This document shows positions 28,684-37,497 of a stretch of DNA of 60,738 bases, one piece after another. Both the position numbers and the translations under genes were made by a program. This stretch comes from an uncultured Gammaproteobacteria bacterium (lineage in GTDB: Bacteria; Pseudomonadota; Gammaproteobacteria; JAGOUU01), in the NCBI GenBank assembly GCA_964353115.1, contig CAYGUI010000002.1, forward strand, positions 1 to 60,738, given 5' to 3'. The notes below the pieces were generated by a model. That model was not told the DNA's origin, did not search any database, and was given only the letters and a program-made list of their open reading frames with translations. Each line of letters starts with the position of its first letter. The stretch's first letter is position 1.

Positions 28684-29457
28684 ATGAAAAAAATTGTATT
28701 TATAGCAATGATATTTTGTAGCGTTGGATTAGTGTCAGGATGTAAAAAGAAAACTCAGGAGCCTAATAAAGTAGTCACTACTCAAGTAACTACTCATCAG
28801 CCAGAGCATAAAAAAGTTGAAGTTGAGCAGCCAATGCAGCACGATGAAAATGCTCCAAAATTTGTTGAAGGTAAAGATTATAAAATTCTTCCTGAAAGTG
28901 TTAGAAATAATGATCAAGTTAAAGCATTTGTTGCGCAAGATGCTGGAAAAATTCAAGTAATAGAATTTTTCAGTTATGGATGCCCAGCGTGTAATGCATT
29001 AGAGCCGTATTTCGAAGGATGGATTAATATTCAACCAGAAAATGTTGTAATAAGAAGAGTTCCTGCAACTTTTGAACCTAGTTGGGATGTTTTAGCAAAA
29101 TTATATTTTTCGCTTGATCATTTTGGTTTGCTAGATTCTTTAAACATGAATGTTTGGAATTCCATTCATCGTTATGGTGAAAATTTATTCACTGCAGATA
29201 ACATATTTAAATGGTATCAAAAACAAGAAACTAATTCTAAGAGAGTGACACAGTATGAAATTGGTTTAAACGAATTTAAACAATATTTTAATTCTTTAAC
29301 TGTTGATAAGCAGGTAAAAGATAGTACAAAATTATTTTTTGCTTTTAAACTTTCATCAACACCTGCAGTTATTGTTGCTGGTAAGTATGAAGTTAGCCCA
29401 CATGGTAGCTGGCAGAATATGATGAATACGGTTTCTTATTTGGTGAAGAAAGGGTAA
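28684..29457 (+). CDS. dsbA: DsbA-family thiol:disulfide oxidoreductase, lipoprotein-type signal
   Basis: Thioredoxin-fold active site FFSYGCPACNALEP and lipobox LVSGC. Follows cytochrome c4, as in Pseudomonas-type synteny. Confidence 0.75.
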   Translation: MKKIVFIAMIFCSVGLVSGCKKKTQEPNKVVTTQVTTHQPEHKKVEVEQPMQHDENAPKFVEGKDYKILPESVRNNDQVKAFVAQDAGKIQVIEFFSYGCPACNALEPYFEGWINIQPENVVIRRVPATFEPSWDVLAKLYFSLDHFGLLDSLNMNVWNSIHRYGENLFTADNIFKWYQKQETNSKRVTQYEIGLNEFKQYFNSLTVDKQVKDSTKLFFAFKLSSTPAVIVAGKYEVSPHGSWQNMMNTVSYLVKKG

Positions 29458-29473
29458 AAAACCTCAATAAGGA

Positions 29474-29616
29474 AAAAACCCCTCTGTCGGCTGACGCCGA
29501 CATCTCCCCTTTACAAAAGGGGAGATAATTGCCCCCTTTTGTAAAGGGGGCAGCGCCGTAGGCGCGGGGGTTTTTTCCCTTATTAAAGGGGGCAGCGCCG
29601 TAGGCGCGGGGGTTTT
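29474..29616. repeat. GC-rich mosaic hairpin repeat element
   Basis: AAAACCCCTCTGTCGGCTGACGCCGACATCTCCCCTTTACAAAAGGGGAGA..GCCCCCTTTTGTAAAGGGGGCAGCGCCGTAGGCGCGGGGGTTTT, with the last unit duplicated. Fills the convergent dsbA/M28 peptidase gap. Confidence 0.9.
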
Positions 29617-30829
29617 ACTTAACCGCTTGCTCTCCAACAAACGCAACAGCCACTTTCGCATAATCAGTCATATGCTCAATTGATAAATGATCCATTGTAT
29701 CTTTCGAAGAATGAATATACGGATTCATTTCTTCAAATTTAGATTCTGTTGGAATGGCAGAAGGAATTCCCGCATTATACCAACTGGCATGATCACTGCA
29801 CTGATAACCACAACGAGTATATTTTACTGGAGCAGTTGTATAGTTTTTAAACAATGATCCAATATAAGTAGTTAAGTTTTTTGAAACATTATCAGTCATT
29901 AAATATACAGTCGGATCATTATTATTTTGATATCCGGTCATATCGAAATGTAGAACATTTTCAACCGCAATATTGTTATTTACAAACTCTTCAACAACGC
30001 GTTGTGATCCGATTAAGCCATATTCTTCTGCCGAATACCAAATAAAATGTACTGGTTTTGTTAATTCACTTTTACTTTCTGCTAAAACACGCAAAGTTTC
30101 AAAAACAGTAACACTACCAGTACCATCATCATCAGCTCCTGGTTTATTGCCAGGCAAAGTATCCATGTGGCCGCTAACTACAATCCCTGGTTTGTTGATA
30201 CTATTACCTAATGTCACAACAATAGAAGGTTGCTGTAGATTCCAGCTAGTAAAAATAGTTTGTACTTTAAAATCAGTGTAATTATTTTTAGTTAATATTT
30301 CTTCGGCATGGCTTTTGATCCACTCTGCAGCTTTCTCTCCGTCATCAGTATCTGCTGCGCGTTGATAAAAAGAACTTAATTGTTTTAAATCATCCCAAAA
30401 TCTTTTTGGTTGAACCATACTAACTAAATGATGAGTTTGTTCGTTATCTTTAACTTTTAATTCACTCAGTTCAGCCTTCGCTAAGATATTTTTATCTAAT
30501 TCTTTAGCAGTATAATTAGCTAAAAATTGTCGTACAGTTATATCTCTGGAATGCTCCCATTTATTGGTAACGTTAATAAATTTACCACAAGGCTCTTTAT
30601 TGCTGCCGCTTAACTCTGCTAATTTTTTAACATAGTCAAATTCAGTAGTAATTAACGATAATTTTTTATTTACCGCAATAAGTTTATATTGATTCTCATC
30701 CGCCTTTTCGAGTAAACAATTTGGAGCGATTAGCATTTGTCTTGTGCTTTGCGGATCACTACCAAAACCATAAGAATTAAGGGCTATCGTCGCTGATAAT
30801 CCTAGAATAGTAAGTTTGATATTTTTCAT
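29615..30829 (-). CDS. secreted M28-family aminopeptidase
   Basis: Zinc-ligand motifs GHMDTLPG..GADDDGTGS and SAEEYGLIGS, plus a signal peptide. The start is probably ATG 30829 (GGAGA 5 nt upstream) rather than the track start 30841. Confidence 0.8.
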   Translation of the reverse strand: MKNIKLTILGLSATIALNSYGFGSDPQSTRQMLIAPNCLLEKADENQYKLIAVNKKLSLITTEFDYVKKLAELSGSNKEPCGKFINVTNKWEHSRDITVRQFLANYTAKELDKNILAKAELSELKVKDNEQTHHLVSMVQPKRFWDDLKQLSSFYQRAADTDDGEKAAEWIKSHAEEILTKNNYTDFKVQTIFTSWNLQQPSIVVTLGNSINKPGIVVSGHMDTLPGNKPGADDDGTGSVTVFETLRVLAESKSELTKPVHFIWYSAEEYGLIGSQRVVEEFVNNNIAVENVLHFDMTGYQNNNDPTVYLMTDNVSKNLTTYIGSLFKNYTTAPVKYTRCGYQCSDHASWYNAGIPSAIPTESKFEEMNPYIHSSKDTMDHLSIEHMTDYAKVAVAFVGEQAVK

Positions 30830-30934
30830 ATTCTTCTCCATTTCTTGAGCTTCAAGAGTAGCATAACAGCATGGGCTATACTATATAATGGGAAGAAATA
30901 TTATAATTAGTTACACAACAACCTATTTTTAACT

Positions 30935-32056
30935 ATGGAAGATAAAGCGTTTAGTGCGATAAAAAAAAATAATATCTTAACGCTAATTTTTGGTAATAAT
31001 TGGACGCAAAAGGTTAATACCGTAAGTCATGATTATGTCCTTAAATTTATTGCAACCAATTATCCTTTTGAAAAATTAGAAGTTAAAATTAATAATCCCC
31101 AATGGGATAGTTATTTGGTAAGCTTAATATATGATATAAAACTTAACTGTCAGCAACAAAATATAACATTCGATAGCTCCTCGTTAACTGAAGGTCTACA
31201 GCGCCTTATAAATATGTTACCGGAGCAAAGAAAAGAAATAGAATTAAAAGAAGTGGAAATTACTAATCCAATAGAAAAAATAGGAGACAAAATTTATCAT
31301 TTTTTTGATGAATTATCTGGAACTATTAGTTTTTTTGGTGACACAATCATCTCGGCAATTAGTTCTTTTAAAAATAAGAATACATTTAGAAGTAAAGATT
31401 TTTGGCTCATAATGCAGAGCACAAGCTCAAAAGCACTATCTATTGTAACTTTAATTAGTTTTTTAATAGGTCTAATTTTAGGCTATGTGGGAGCAATTCA
31501 GTTAAAACAATTTGGTGCAGGTATTTATCTTGCAAATCTTGTTGGTATTGGCATGATGCGTGAAATGGGCGCAATAATGACTTCGATTATCATGGCGGGC
31601 CGTACCGGAGCTGCTTTTGCTGCTGAGCTTGGCACTATGAAATTAAATAAAGAAATAGCAGCTCTTAATGTTCTTGGCATTTCTTCTTACAGTTTTTTAG
31701 TTTTGCCACGAATTATTTGTCTTTCTTTGAGTATCCCTATGTTAACTATTTATGCTGATGTTGTTGGGATTATTGCTGGTGGTTTGGTTGGTATGTGGGT
31801 TCTTAATGTTTCATGGATGCAATATTATAATCAACTTATTAATTCGGTAACTTTGACAGATTTTTATGTTGGCCTAATAAAATCAGTATTTTTTGGTATT
31901 GCTATATCACTAGTAAGCTGTGTTAAAGGAATTCATTGCGAAGAGCGAGCTGAAGCTGTTGGTAAAGCAACAACTATGGCCGTAGTTAATTCTATTATTA
32001 TGATTATAGTTATAGATGCAATTTTCACGGTAATTTTCAATATATTGGATATGTGA
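30935..32056 (+). CDS. MlaE-family ABC permease with an N-terminal extension
   Basis: The C-terminal ~260 aa have MlaE/YrbE-like polytopic topology. First gene of a permease-ATPase-MCE-lipoprotein operon. Confidence 0.8.
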   Translation: MEDKAFSAIKKNNILTLIFGNNWTQKVNTVSHDYVLKFIATNYPFEKLEVKINNPQWDSYLVSLIYDIKLNCQQQNITFDSSSLTEGLQRLINMLPEQRKEIELKEVEITNPIEKIGDKIYHFFDELSGTISFFGDTIISAISSFKNKNTFRSKDFWLIMQSTSSKALSIVTLISFLIGLILGYVGAIQLKQFGAGIYLANLVGIGMMREMGAIMTSIIMAGRTGAAFAAELGTMKLNKEIAALNVLGISSYSFLVLPRIICLSLSIPMLTIYADVVGIIAGGLVGMWVLNVSWMQYYNQLINSVTLTDFYVGLIKSVFFGIAISLVSCVKGIHCEERAEAVGKATTMAVVNSIIMIIVIDAIFTVIFNILDM

Positions 32057-32057
32057 T

Positions 32058-32798
32058 ATGCAAGATATAATGATTGAAGCAAAAAATTTAACAGTAGGTT
32101 ATGGAGAAACTAAGGTTCAAAATAATCTTAACTTTGAAATAAAAAAGGGCGAAATTTTTCTAGTAGTGGGCGGCTCTGGCTGTGGAAAAAGTACTTTGTT
32201 AAGTTCGCTAATAGGTATAAACAGACCTATAGAAGGAGATATATTTATAAAACAGGAAAATTTTTGGGAGTCTGATAAAAGCCAAGATAGTCTAAAACAG
32301 TCTATGGGGGTGTTATTCCAAAGTGGTGCATTATGGAGCTCTATGACACTAGAAGAAAATTTGAGCCTACCACTACAACGTTTTACCAATCTTGACGATC
32401 AAGATATAGCAGATATTGTAAATTTAAAATTATCACAAGTAAGTTTGGCTGGTTTTAATGAATATTTACCAGGTGAAATAAGTGGTGGGATGCAAAAACG
32501 TGCGGGGCTTGCCCGAGCCATGGTACTTGATCCTGATATCTTATTTTTTGATGAGCCATCTTCGGGTCTTGATCCAATAACTGCACGCGCTCTTGATGAT
32601 CTAATTCTTGAGTTAAGGGAAAATTTGCACACAACTATGGTTATTATTACTCATGATTTAGCGAGTATTTTAAAAATAGGAGATACGGCATTATTTTTAG
32701 ATGCTACTGCAAAAACTGCAATTGCAATGGGTAATCCGCGGGACATGAAAGCAAATAATAAAAACAAAGTAGTGCAAAAATTTTTTAGTAGTGATTAA
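32058..32798 (+). CDS. ABC transporter ATP-binding protein (MlaF-like)
   Basis: Walker A GGSGCGKSTLL, signature ISGGMQKRAGLARA and Walker B ILFFDEP. Confidence 0.85.
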   Translation: MQDIMIEAKNLTVGYGETKVQNNLNFEIKKGEIFLVVGGSGCGKSTLLSSLIGINRPIEGDIFIKQENFWESDKSQDSLKQSMGVLFQSGALWSSMTLEENLSLPLQRFTNLDDQDIADIVNLKLSQVSLAGFNEYLPGEISGGMQKRAGLARAMVLDPDILFFDEPSSGLDPITARALDDLILELRENLHTTMVIITHDLASILKIGDTALFLDATAKTAIAMGNPRDMKANNKNKVVQKFFSSD

Positions 32799-32831
32799 AG
32801 ATTATGAATAATTATAATATGGGGAATAAAA

Positions 32832-33668
32832 ATGCGTAATCGTCCACACCCACTATTTGTAGGATATTTTGTAATAGGTTTTATTTTATTATTAGCGTCT
32901 ATTTTAATAGTAATAGGAAACTATAATTTTCAAACTAACCGATATATTTTATTTTTCAATAATGCAGTAACAGGTTTACAAAAAGGTGCCACTGTGAATT
33001 ATCGTGGTGTTAAAGTTGGAACCGTAATCGAAGTTTATGCAACATTAGATGGTGAAGATATACGTAATAAAGATATAAGTATTCCAGTTATCATCGAAAT
33101 AGACACTGATCATTTTAAAATGGTAAGTGAAGATGGTGATTATAATTTTGATGAAACTTTAGAGCAATATATCGAAGATGGTCTGCGTGCTCAATTAGAA
33201 ATGCAAAGTTTTTTAACAGGATTATTACAAATAGAGTTGGATTTTTATCCAGAAACACCAATTAATCTTAGTCATAGAGTTTTTGAATATAAAGAAATTC
33301 CAACTATTCCATCTAACTTCCAAATGTTTACTAAAGAATTGCAAAAAGTAAATATAAAAGAAGTTGTGGATAAATTTACTTCAATGACAGCAAGTATTGA
33401 TAAGGCAGCACAAGAATTTACTAAAACAGCAGAAGAAATTAATAAAAAATTACCAGGCATTGCTGATAATGTAGATAGTGCAACTAAAGAGTTGAAAGGT
33501 ATGGCTGAAAATGCGAAGAGATTAACTAATGAAAACTCTGAAACACTGCGTAACTTTAATCAAACATTAGAAAGTGTTAATTATGCCGCACAATCAGTAA
33601 AAGAATTATCAGATAACATGAACGCGAAACCAAATTCTTTAATATTTGGCAAGGGGGATAAAAAATGA
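32832..33668 (+). CDS. MCE-domain (MlaD/PqiB-like) substrate-binding protein
   Basis: N-terminal TM helix followed by the MCE core GLQKGATVNYRGVKVGTVIEV, with a coiled-coil C-terminus. Confidence 0.8.
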   Translation: MRNRPHPLFVGYFVIGFILLLASILIVIGNYNFQTNRYILFFNNAVTGLQKGATVNYRGVKVGTVIEVYATLDGEDIRNKDISIPVIIEIDTDHFKMVSEDGDYNFDETLEQYIEDGLRAQLEMQSFLTGLLQIELDFYPETPINLSHRVFEYKEIPTIPSNFQMFTKELQKVNIKEVVDKFTSMTASIDKAAQEFTKTAEEINKKLPGIADNVDSATKELKGMAENAKRLTNENSETLRNFNQTLESVNYAAQSVKELSDNMNAKPNSLIFGKGDKK

Positions 33669-34270
33669 AAATAATAACAATAAAAAAATATATTAGTATT
33701 TTACCGATTTTAATTTTAACTAGCTGTGCATCGAAAGATATTACCCAATATCATACGTTACAACCAAATAATAATAGTTATAAAAATGCACAAAACTTAA
33801 AAAATAAAAAAATAATTGTATTATCAACAGTTAGTACAGATAATTATTTGCATCGCTTAGCTTTAGTAACTCGTGATGCTAATAATAATATTCAAATATC
33901 AAATTATAATTATTGGGCAGAGCCACTTGATAAAAATATAACAAGTACTATTGCAGATAACCTAGCAACTAAAATTCCAGGTTATGTAGTAGTTCCACAG
34001 GATTGGCATTTGGTAAATAAATATGATTATCAGCTTAATGTTTATATTGAAAATTTTGATATTAATAATTTTTCAAGTTGTGATTTAACTGCTAGCTGGA
34101 ATTTAATAAAAAGAAATGGCAATGATAAACTATTAGCAATACAGCGCTCACATTATTTTAATAATATAGGTCATACTAATTATCATTGTGCTGTTAATTG
34201 TTTAAGTGGATTGGTTAGCAACTTATCAAATGAAATTGCGCATGAAATTAATAAAAAAATAAAGGGGTGA
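33665..34270 (+). CDS. ABC-type transport auxiliary lipoprotein (PqiC/DUF330-like)
   Basis: Lipobox ILTSC, ~200 aa, overlapping start with the MCE gene. This is the usual fourth gene of such operons. Confidence 0.65.
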   Translation: MKIITIKKYISILPILILTSCASKDITQYHTLQPNNNSYKNAQNLKNKKIIVLSTVSTDNYLHRLALVTRDANNNIQISNYNYWAEPLDKNITSTIADNLATKIPGYVVVPQDWHLVNKYDYQLNVYIENFDINNFSSCDLTASWNLIKRNGNDKLLAIQRSHYFNNIGHTNYHCAVNCLSGLVSNLSNEIAHEINKKIKG

Positions 34271-34274
34271 TAAA

Positions 34275-35501
34275 TTGAGTGAATGGTATAAGCGTTTAAG
34301 AAGTTTACCGTTAAAAACCCCAAATGATTATCAGAATCAATATCAAAAAGATTATAGTCGTTTATTACATAGTGAATCTTTTCGTAGGCTTCAAGGGAAA
34401 ATGCAAGTTTTTCCAATTAATATGGGCGATTTTCATCGCACAAGATTAACTCACTCGCTTGAAGTGTGCCAGGTTGGTAAAAGTATTTTGTGGCAATTAA
34501 AGCATAAATATAGAAACAATAAAGAGCTTTTATCGTGGCTGCCAGCTGAAATTTTATTAGATACTATTTGTTTGGGCCATGATCTTGGTCATCCACCATT
34601 TGGTCATGGTGGCGAAGATATTTTAAATCAATTAATGATAAATAGCGGTGGTTTTGAGGCCAATGCCCAAACTATTCGTCTAGTTTCCAAATTAGAAAAA
34701 TATTCGCTTAATTCAGGTATGAACTTAACGCGCCGAGCTTTATTAGGATTAATAAAATATCCAGTATTATATTCTGATTGTTTAATTGATGATGCTACGT
34801 TGCCACCTAAGTGTATTTATGATGCTGATAAGCCAATATTAAATTTCATTACTGAAACTTTTAGCGAAGCTGATCGTGAAAAATTTTGTAGTATTAAAAA
34901 TAATAGGGCTCAGTATAAAGCTCTAGATACTTCAATTATGGAGCTTGCCGATGATATAGCCTACAGCACTCATGATTTAGAAGATGCCTTAATTATGCAA
35001 GTTATAGATAAATCTATTTGGTTAAAAGCGGTGCGAAATTCTGACAAAAAATTATTAGAAATCCCCCTAGTTTCTGAAATTTTTGCAGAAATATTTATTG
35101 ACCAGTCATCGTATAAATTAAAAGCAGCAATTGCTAAATTAATTAACTTTTTTGTAACTAGTATAAGCATAAATAATAATCAAAATTTTGAGCACCCTTT
35201 ATTACATTATCAAGCAGAATTAAGCGCTAATGCCAAATTAGTTTTAAAATTTTTACGAAAGCTAATTTTTGACAATATTATCAATTCACCGATGTCTATA
35301 CAAAAAATTCATCAAGGGCATAAAATTATTAAAGATTTATTTTATTTCTTTAACGATAATCCAGATAAAATGCCAGATAATACACATGATCGTTTTGAAA
35401 ATTCAGAAAATAAAAAACGTATAGTTTGTGATTATATAGCTGGTATGACTGATAATTACGCGGTTAAATTGCATAAAGAGTTGATTGCAGTTACAACATG
35501 A
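34275..35501 (+). CDS. dgt: dGTPase-like HD-domain triphosphohydrolase
   Basis: SESFRRLQGKMQVF, RTRLTHSLEV and GHDLGHPPFGHGGE motifs. TTG start as given by the track. Confidence 0.85.
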   Translation: MSEWYKRLRSLPLKTPNDYQNQYQKDYSRLLHSESFRRLQGKMQVFPINMGDFHRTRLTHSLEVCQVGKSILWQLKHKYRNNKELLSWLPAEILLDTICLGHDLGHPPFGHGGEDILNQLMINSGGFEANAQTIRLVSKLEKYSLNSGMNLTRRALLGLIKYPVLYSDCLIDDATLPPKCIYDADKPILNFITETFSEADREKFCSIKNNRAQYKALDTSIMELADDIAYSTHDLEDALIMQVIDKSIWLKAVRNSDKKLLEIPLVSEIFAEIFIDQSSYKLKAAIAKLINFFVTSISINNNQNFEHPLLHYQAELSANAKLVLKFLRKLIFDNIINSPMSIQKIHQGHKIIKDLFYFFNDNPDKMPDNTHDRFENSENKKRIVCDYIAGMTDNYAVKLHKELIAVTT

Positions 35502-35538
35502 GTAATTTTTTATTAAAAGAAAATTGGTATTATTTTGC

Positions 35539-35575
35539 GTCATTGCGAGGAGACTTTAGTCGACAAAGCAATGAC
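35539..35575. repeat. short palindromic element GTCATTGC-N21-GCAATGAC
   Basis: A perfect 8-bp inverted repeat read directly. GCGTCATTGCGAGGAG resembles Rickettsia-type palindromic element termini. Confidence 0.7.
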
Positions 35576-35613
35576 AATAAAATAAAAGCCAAGGAATTAA
35601 TTAAGAGATAATG

Positions 35614-36126
35614 CTACACACTCTTAGCTCTTCTTTGTGAAGGTGCAGTAATAACTGCAGCGCCTGTTTCAAGTCTATCTTCAGCTTCATGCGCTTTATT
35701 TAATTTACGTAATGCAGATTTTGTAAGTCTTATTGGCGCTGCTTCTTCACTTCTTTCTTTATCTTTCTCAGAACTAATTGATTTAGAAGATTCTTTTTTA
35801 TCATCTTTAGAAAACAAAGCCTTAAAGAAACACTTAGCTGCTGTTGTCAAAGCTGCAACACCATAAGTAAATCCTGCACCAGAAGCTGCGCCAATAAGGC
35901 CTCCAGCTATTGTTATTGAAAATATTGAAACTATTAGTAAAGATGGTGCTAATATTGGCGCTAAAAAGGGCATAACAAGCGCAAAAGCTGCAAAAGCCCC
36001 TACAATTCCACATACTATCCCAGCAGTCGCCATTAAAAAGGTCAAACTAGAGTCATTTCCACCATGAACGCTAAAATCACCGATTTCTTCTTGATAATGC
36101 TTTTTGAATTTTTCTATAAATTTCAT
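35614..36126 (-). CDS. hypothetical membrane protein (170 aa) with a long Gly/Ala-rich hydrophobic block and a charged tail
   Basis: ORF with a ~75-aa continuous hydrophobic region and a Lys/Glu/Ser-rich C-terminus. I recognised no family. Confidence 0.5.
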   Translation of the reverse strand: MKFIEKFKKHYQEEIGDFSVHGGNDSSLTFLMATAGIVCGIVGAFAAFALVMPFLAPILAPSLLIVSIFSITIAGGLIGAASGAGFTYGVAALTTAAKCFFKALFSKDDKKESSKSISSEKDKERSEEAAPIRLTKSALRKLNKAHEAEDRLETGAAVITAPSQRRAKSV

Positions 36127-36291
36127 AATGATACTTCTTTTTTATTTATATTATCGTTATTTTACCAGATAAGGATTAATTGAGTATTAATTTGGTGGAG
36201 GCGGCGACTATTTAATTTAATGTAAATCATTGAATTTGATGTAATTAATTTTTGAAAAATAAATAGGCACCACCAAAAGTACCCAGATAGA

Positions 36292-36867
36292 TTACGAGCT
36301 AATAATTTTTTTACCGCCATTAAGAGCACCTTTTATTTCTGAGGAGCTATCTATATACACTTCACCAATCCCTGATTCAAAAGTTATATCTCCACTTACA
36401 GTGCTACCATTTGCTAATATTACAGTTTGTACCACCTTGGCATATGTAATTTTTTTAACAAATATACTGTTAATTGAGCATTTTGAAAAATGTGCTTTTT
36501 GAGCAAGTAATGTAAGTCCATTTAAAAAGAGGCAATTATTAGTGCTTATATTCCCACTAAAACTAGCGTTTCCTTTTAAAGAGCAATATTCCAGCGTAGC
36601 TACTCCATTAGCGAATACATCTGATTCAAATATTGTGTTGAATGCTTTAAGCTGCCCGTTAACTATTATAATATCTTTTACAATAGTATTATCTTTTAAT
36701 GTGGCCTCACCATTTACCTTTAATTTGCTGCTGACTATATTATTACTTATTTTATAAGATCCGTTGATAGTCTGAAATAAGTGTTCTGGAGATGACTGTA
36801 TGCTAGGTGATGTTGTAATAATCATAAAAATAATACCTATTTTAATTAATAGACAAAGATTGCTCAA
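36292..36867 (-). CDS. hypothetical secreted protein with degenerate beta-helix-like repeats (bactofilin-like pattern, uncertain)
   Basis: Hydrophobic N-terminus, repeated xNGxxT/L short units, TTG start per the track. Lies between ssrA and a 12-nt copy of the ssrA 3' end. Confidence 0.45.
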   Translation of the reverse strand: MSNLCLLIKIGIIFMIITTSPSIQSSPEHLFQTINGSYKISNNIVSSKLKVNGEATLKDNTIVKDIIIVNGQLKAFNTIFESDVFANGVATLEYCSLKGNASFSGNISTNNCLFLNGLTLLAQKAHFSKCSINSIFVKKITYAKVVQTVILANGSTVSGDITFESGIGEVYIDSSSEIKGALNGGKKIISS

Positions 36868-36984
36868 AATATCGACTCTGATTAAAAGTATAAAAACGAT
36901 AAATTAAATTTACCCCTCCGAAAAGAATGCCCAGAAATAACTCCGTCCACATACTTTATTATGAAATGTTGTTAGATTAGAATA

Positions 36985-37353
36985 TGGTGGAGGCGGTGGG
37001 AATTGAACCCACGTCCGCAATCCTTTTTCCGATAAGCTCTACATGTTTAGTAGCGTTCTTGTTTTAACATATGAGCACTCAACGTACAAAGTAAACCCAT
37101 ATGCGAGCTCTAATGTTTTCGAAGCTTAACTTGAGCAGTTTTAAGCCCTTATCTCATGTATATAACCGTAACATTCAGGCCATGAGCAACTAGAAGTTAC
37201 GGGTCTAAAGCTGGTTATTAAGCAGCTTTTAGATCAGCGCTAGCGAAGTTTTCGTCGTTTGCGTTTATGGTTTTGCAACATTTTTTACGAGAAAGTTACG
37301 TCCTCGACATGCACTTAAAAGCGTCCAGACCCCGTCGAAGCCAAGTCGCCCCC
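36985..37353 (-). ncRNA. ssrA: tmRNA (SsrA), 369 nt
   Basis: Reverse complement reads 5' GGGGGCGACTTGGCTTCGACGGGGTCTGGACGC ... GGACGTGGGTTCAATTCCCACCGCCTCCACCA 3'. The tag ORF (37262-37221) encodes ANDENFASADLKAA and is followed by TAATAA. Confidence 0.95.
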
Positions 37354-37360
37354 AACTACT

Positions 37361-37366
37361 ATTATA
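37361..37366 (-). promoter_or_regulatory. candidate -10 box (TATAAT) for ssrA
   Basis: A perfect TATAAT on the minus strand, 7 nt upstream of the tmRNA 5' G. The -35 is weak. Confidence 0.4.
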
Positions 37367-37399
37367 CGATATTTGCTGCTAAAATGCTATGGTGTTGCT

Positions 37400-37472
37400 C
37401 TGGATTCCCGCCTGCGCGGGAATGACGGAGGGAGCGCGGGAATGACGGAGGGAGCGCGGGAATGACGGGGTG
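37400..37472. repeat. anchor CTGGATTCCCGCCTGCGCGGGAATGACGG plus a 20-bp minisatellite (GCGCGGGAATGACGGAGGGA x2.8)
   Basis: Units at 37414-37433 and 37434-37453, with a partial unit at 37454-37470. Located in the ssrA/phr divergent region. Confidence 0.9.
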
Positions 37473-37497
37473 GTAAAATCAAATACTTAAGGACAAG

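Noticed and set aside
29464-29661. 65-aa minus-strand ORF overlapping the M28 peptidase 3' end
   Set aside because: It is translated from the hairpin repeat (duplicated TPAPTALPPL segments mirror the duplicated DNA unit). It overlaps a well-supported gene.
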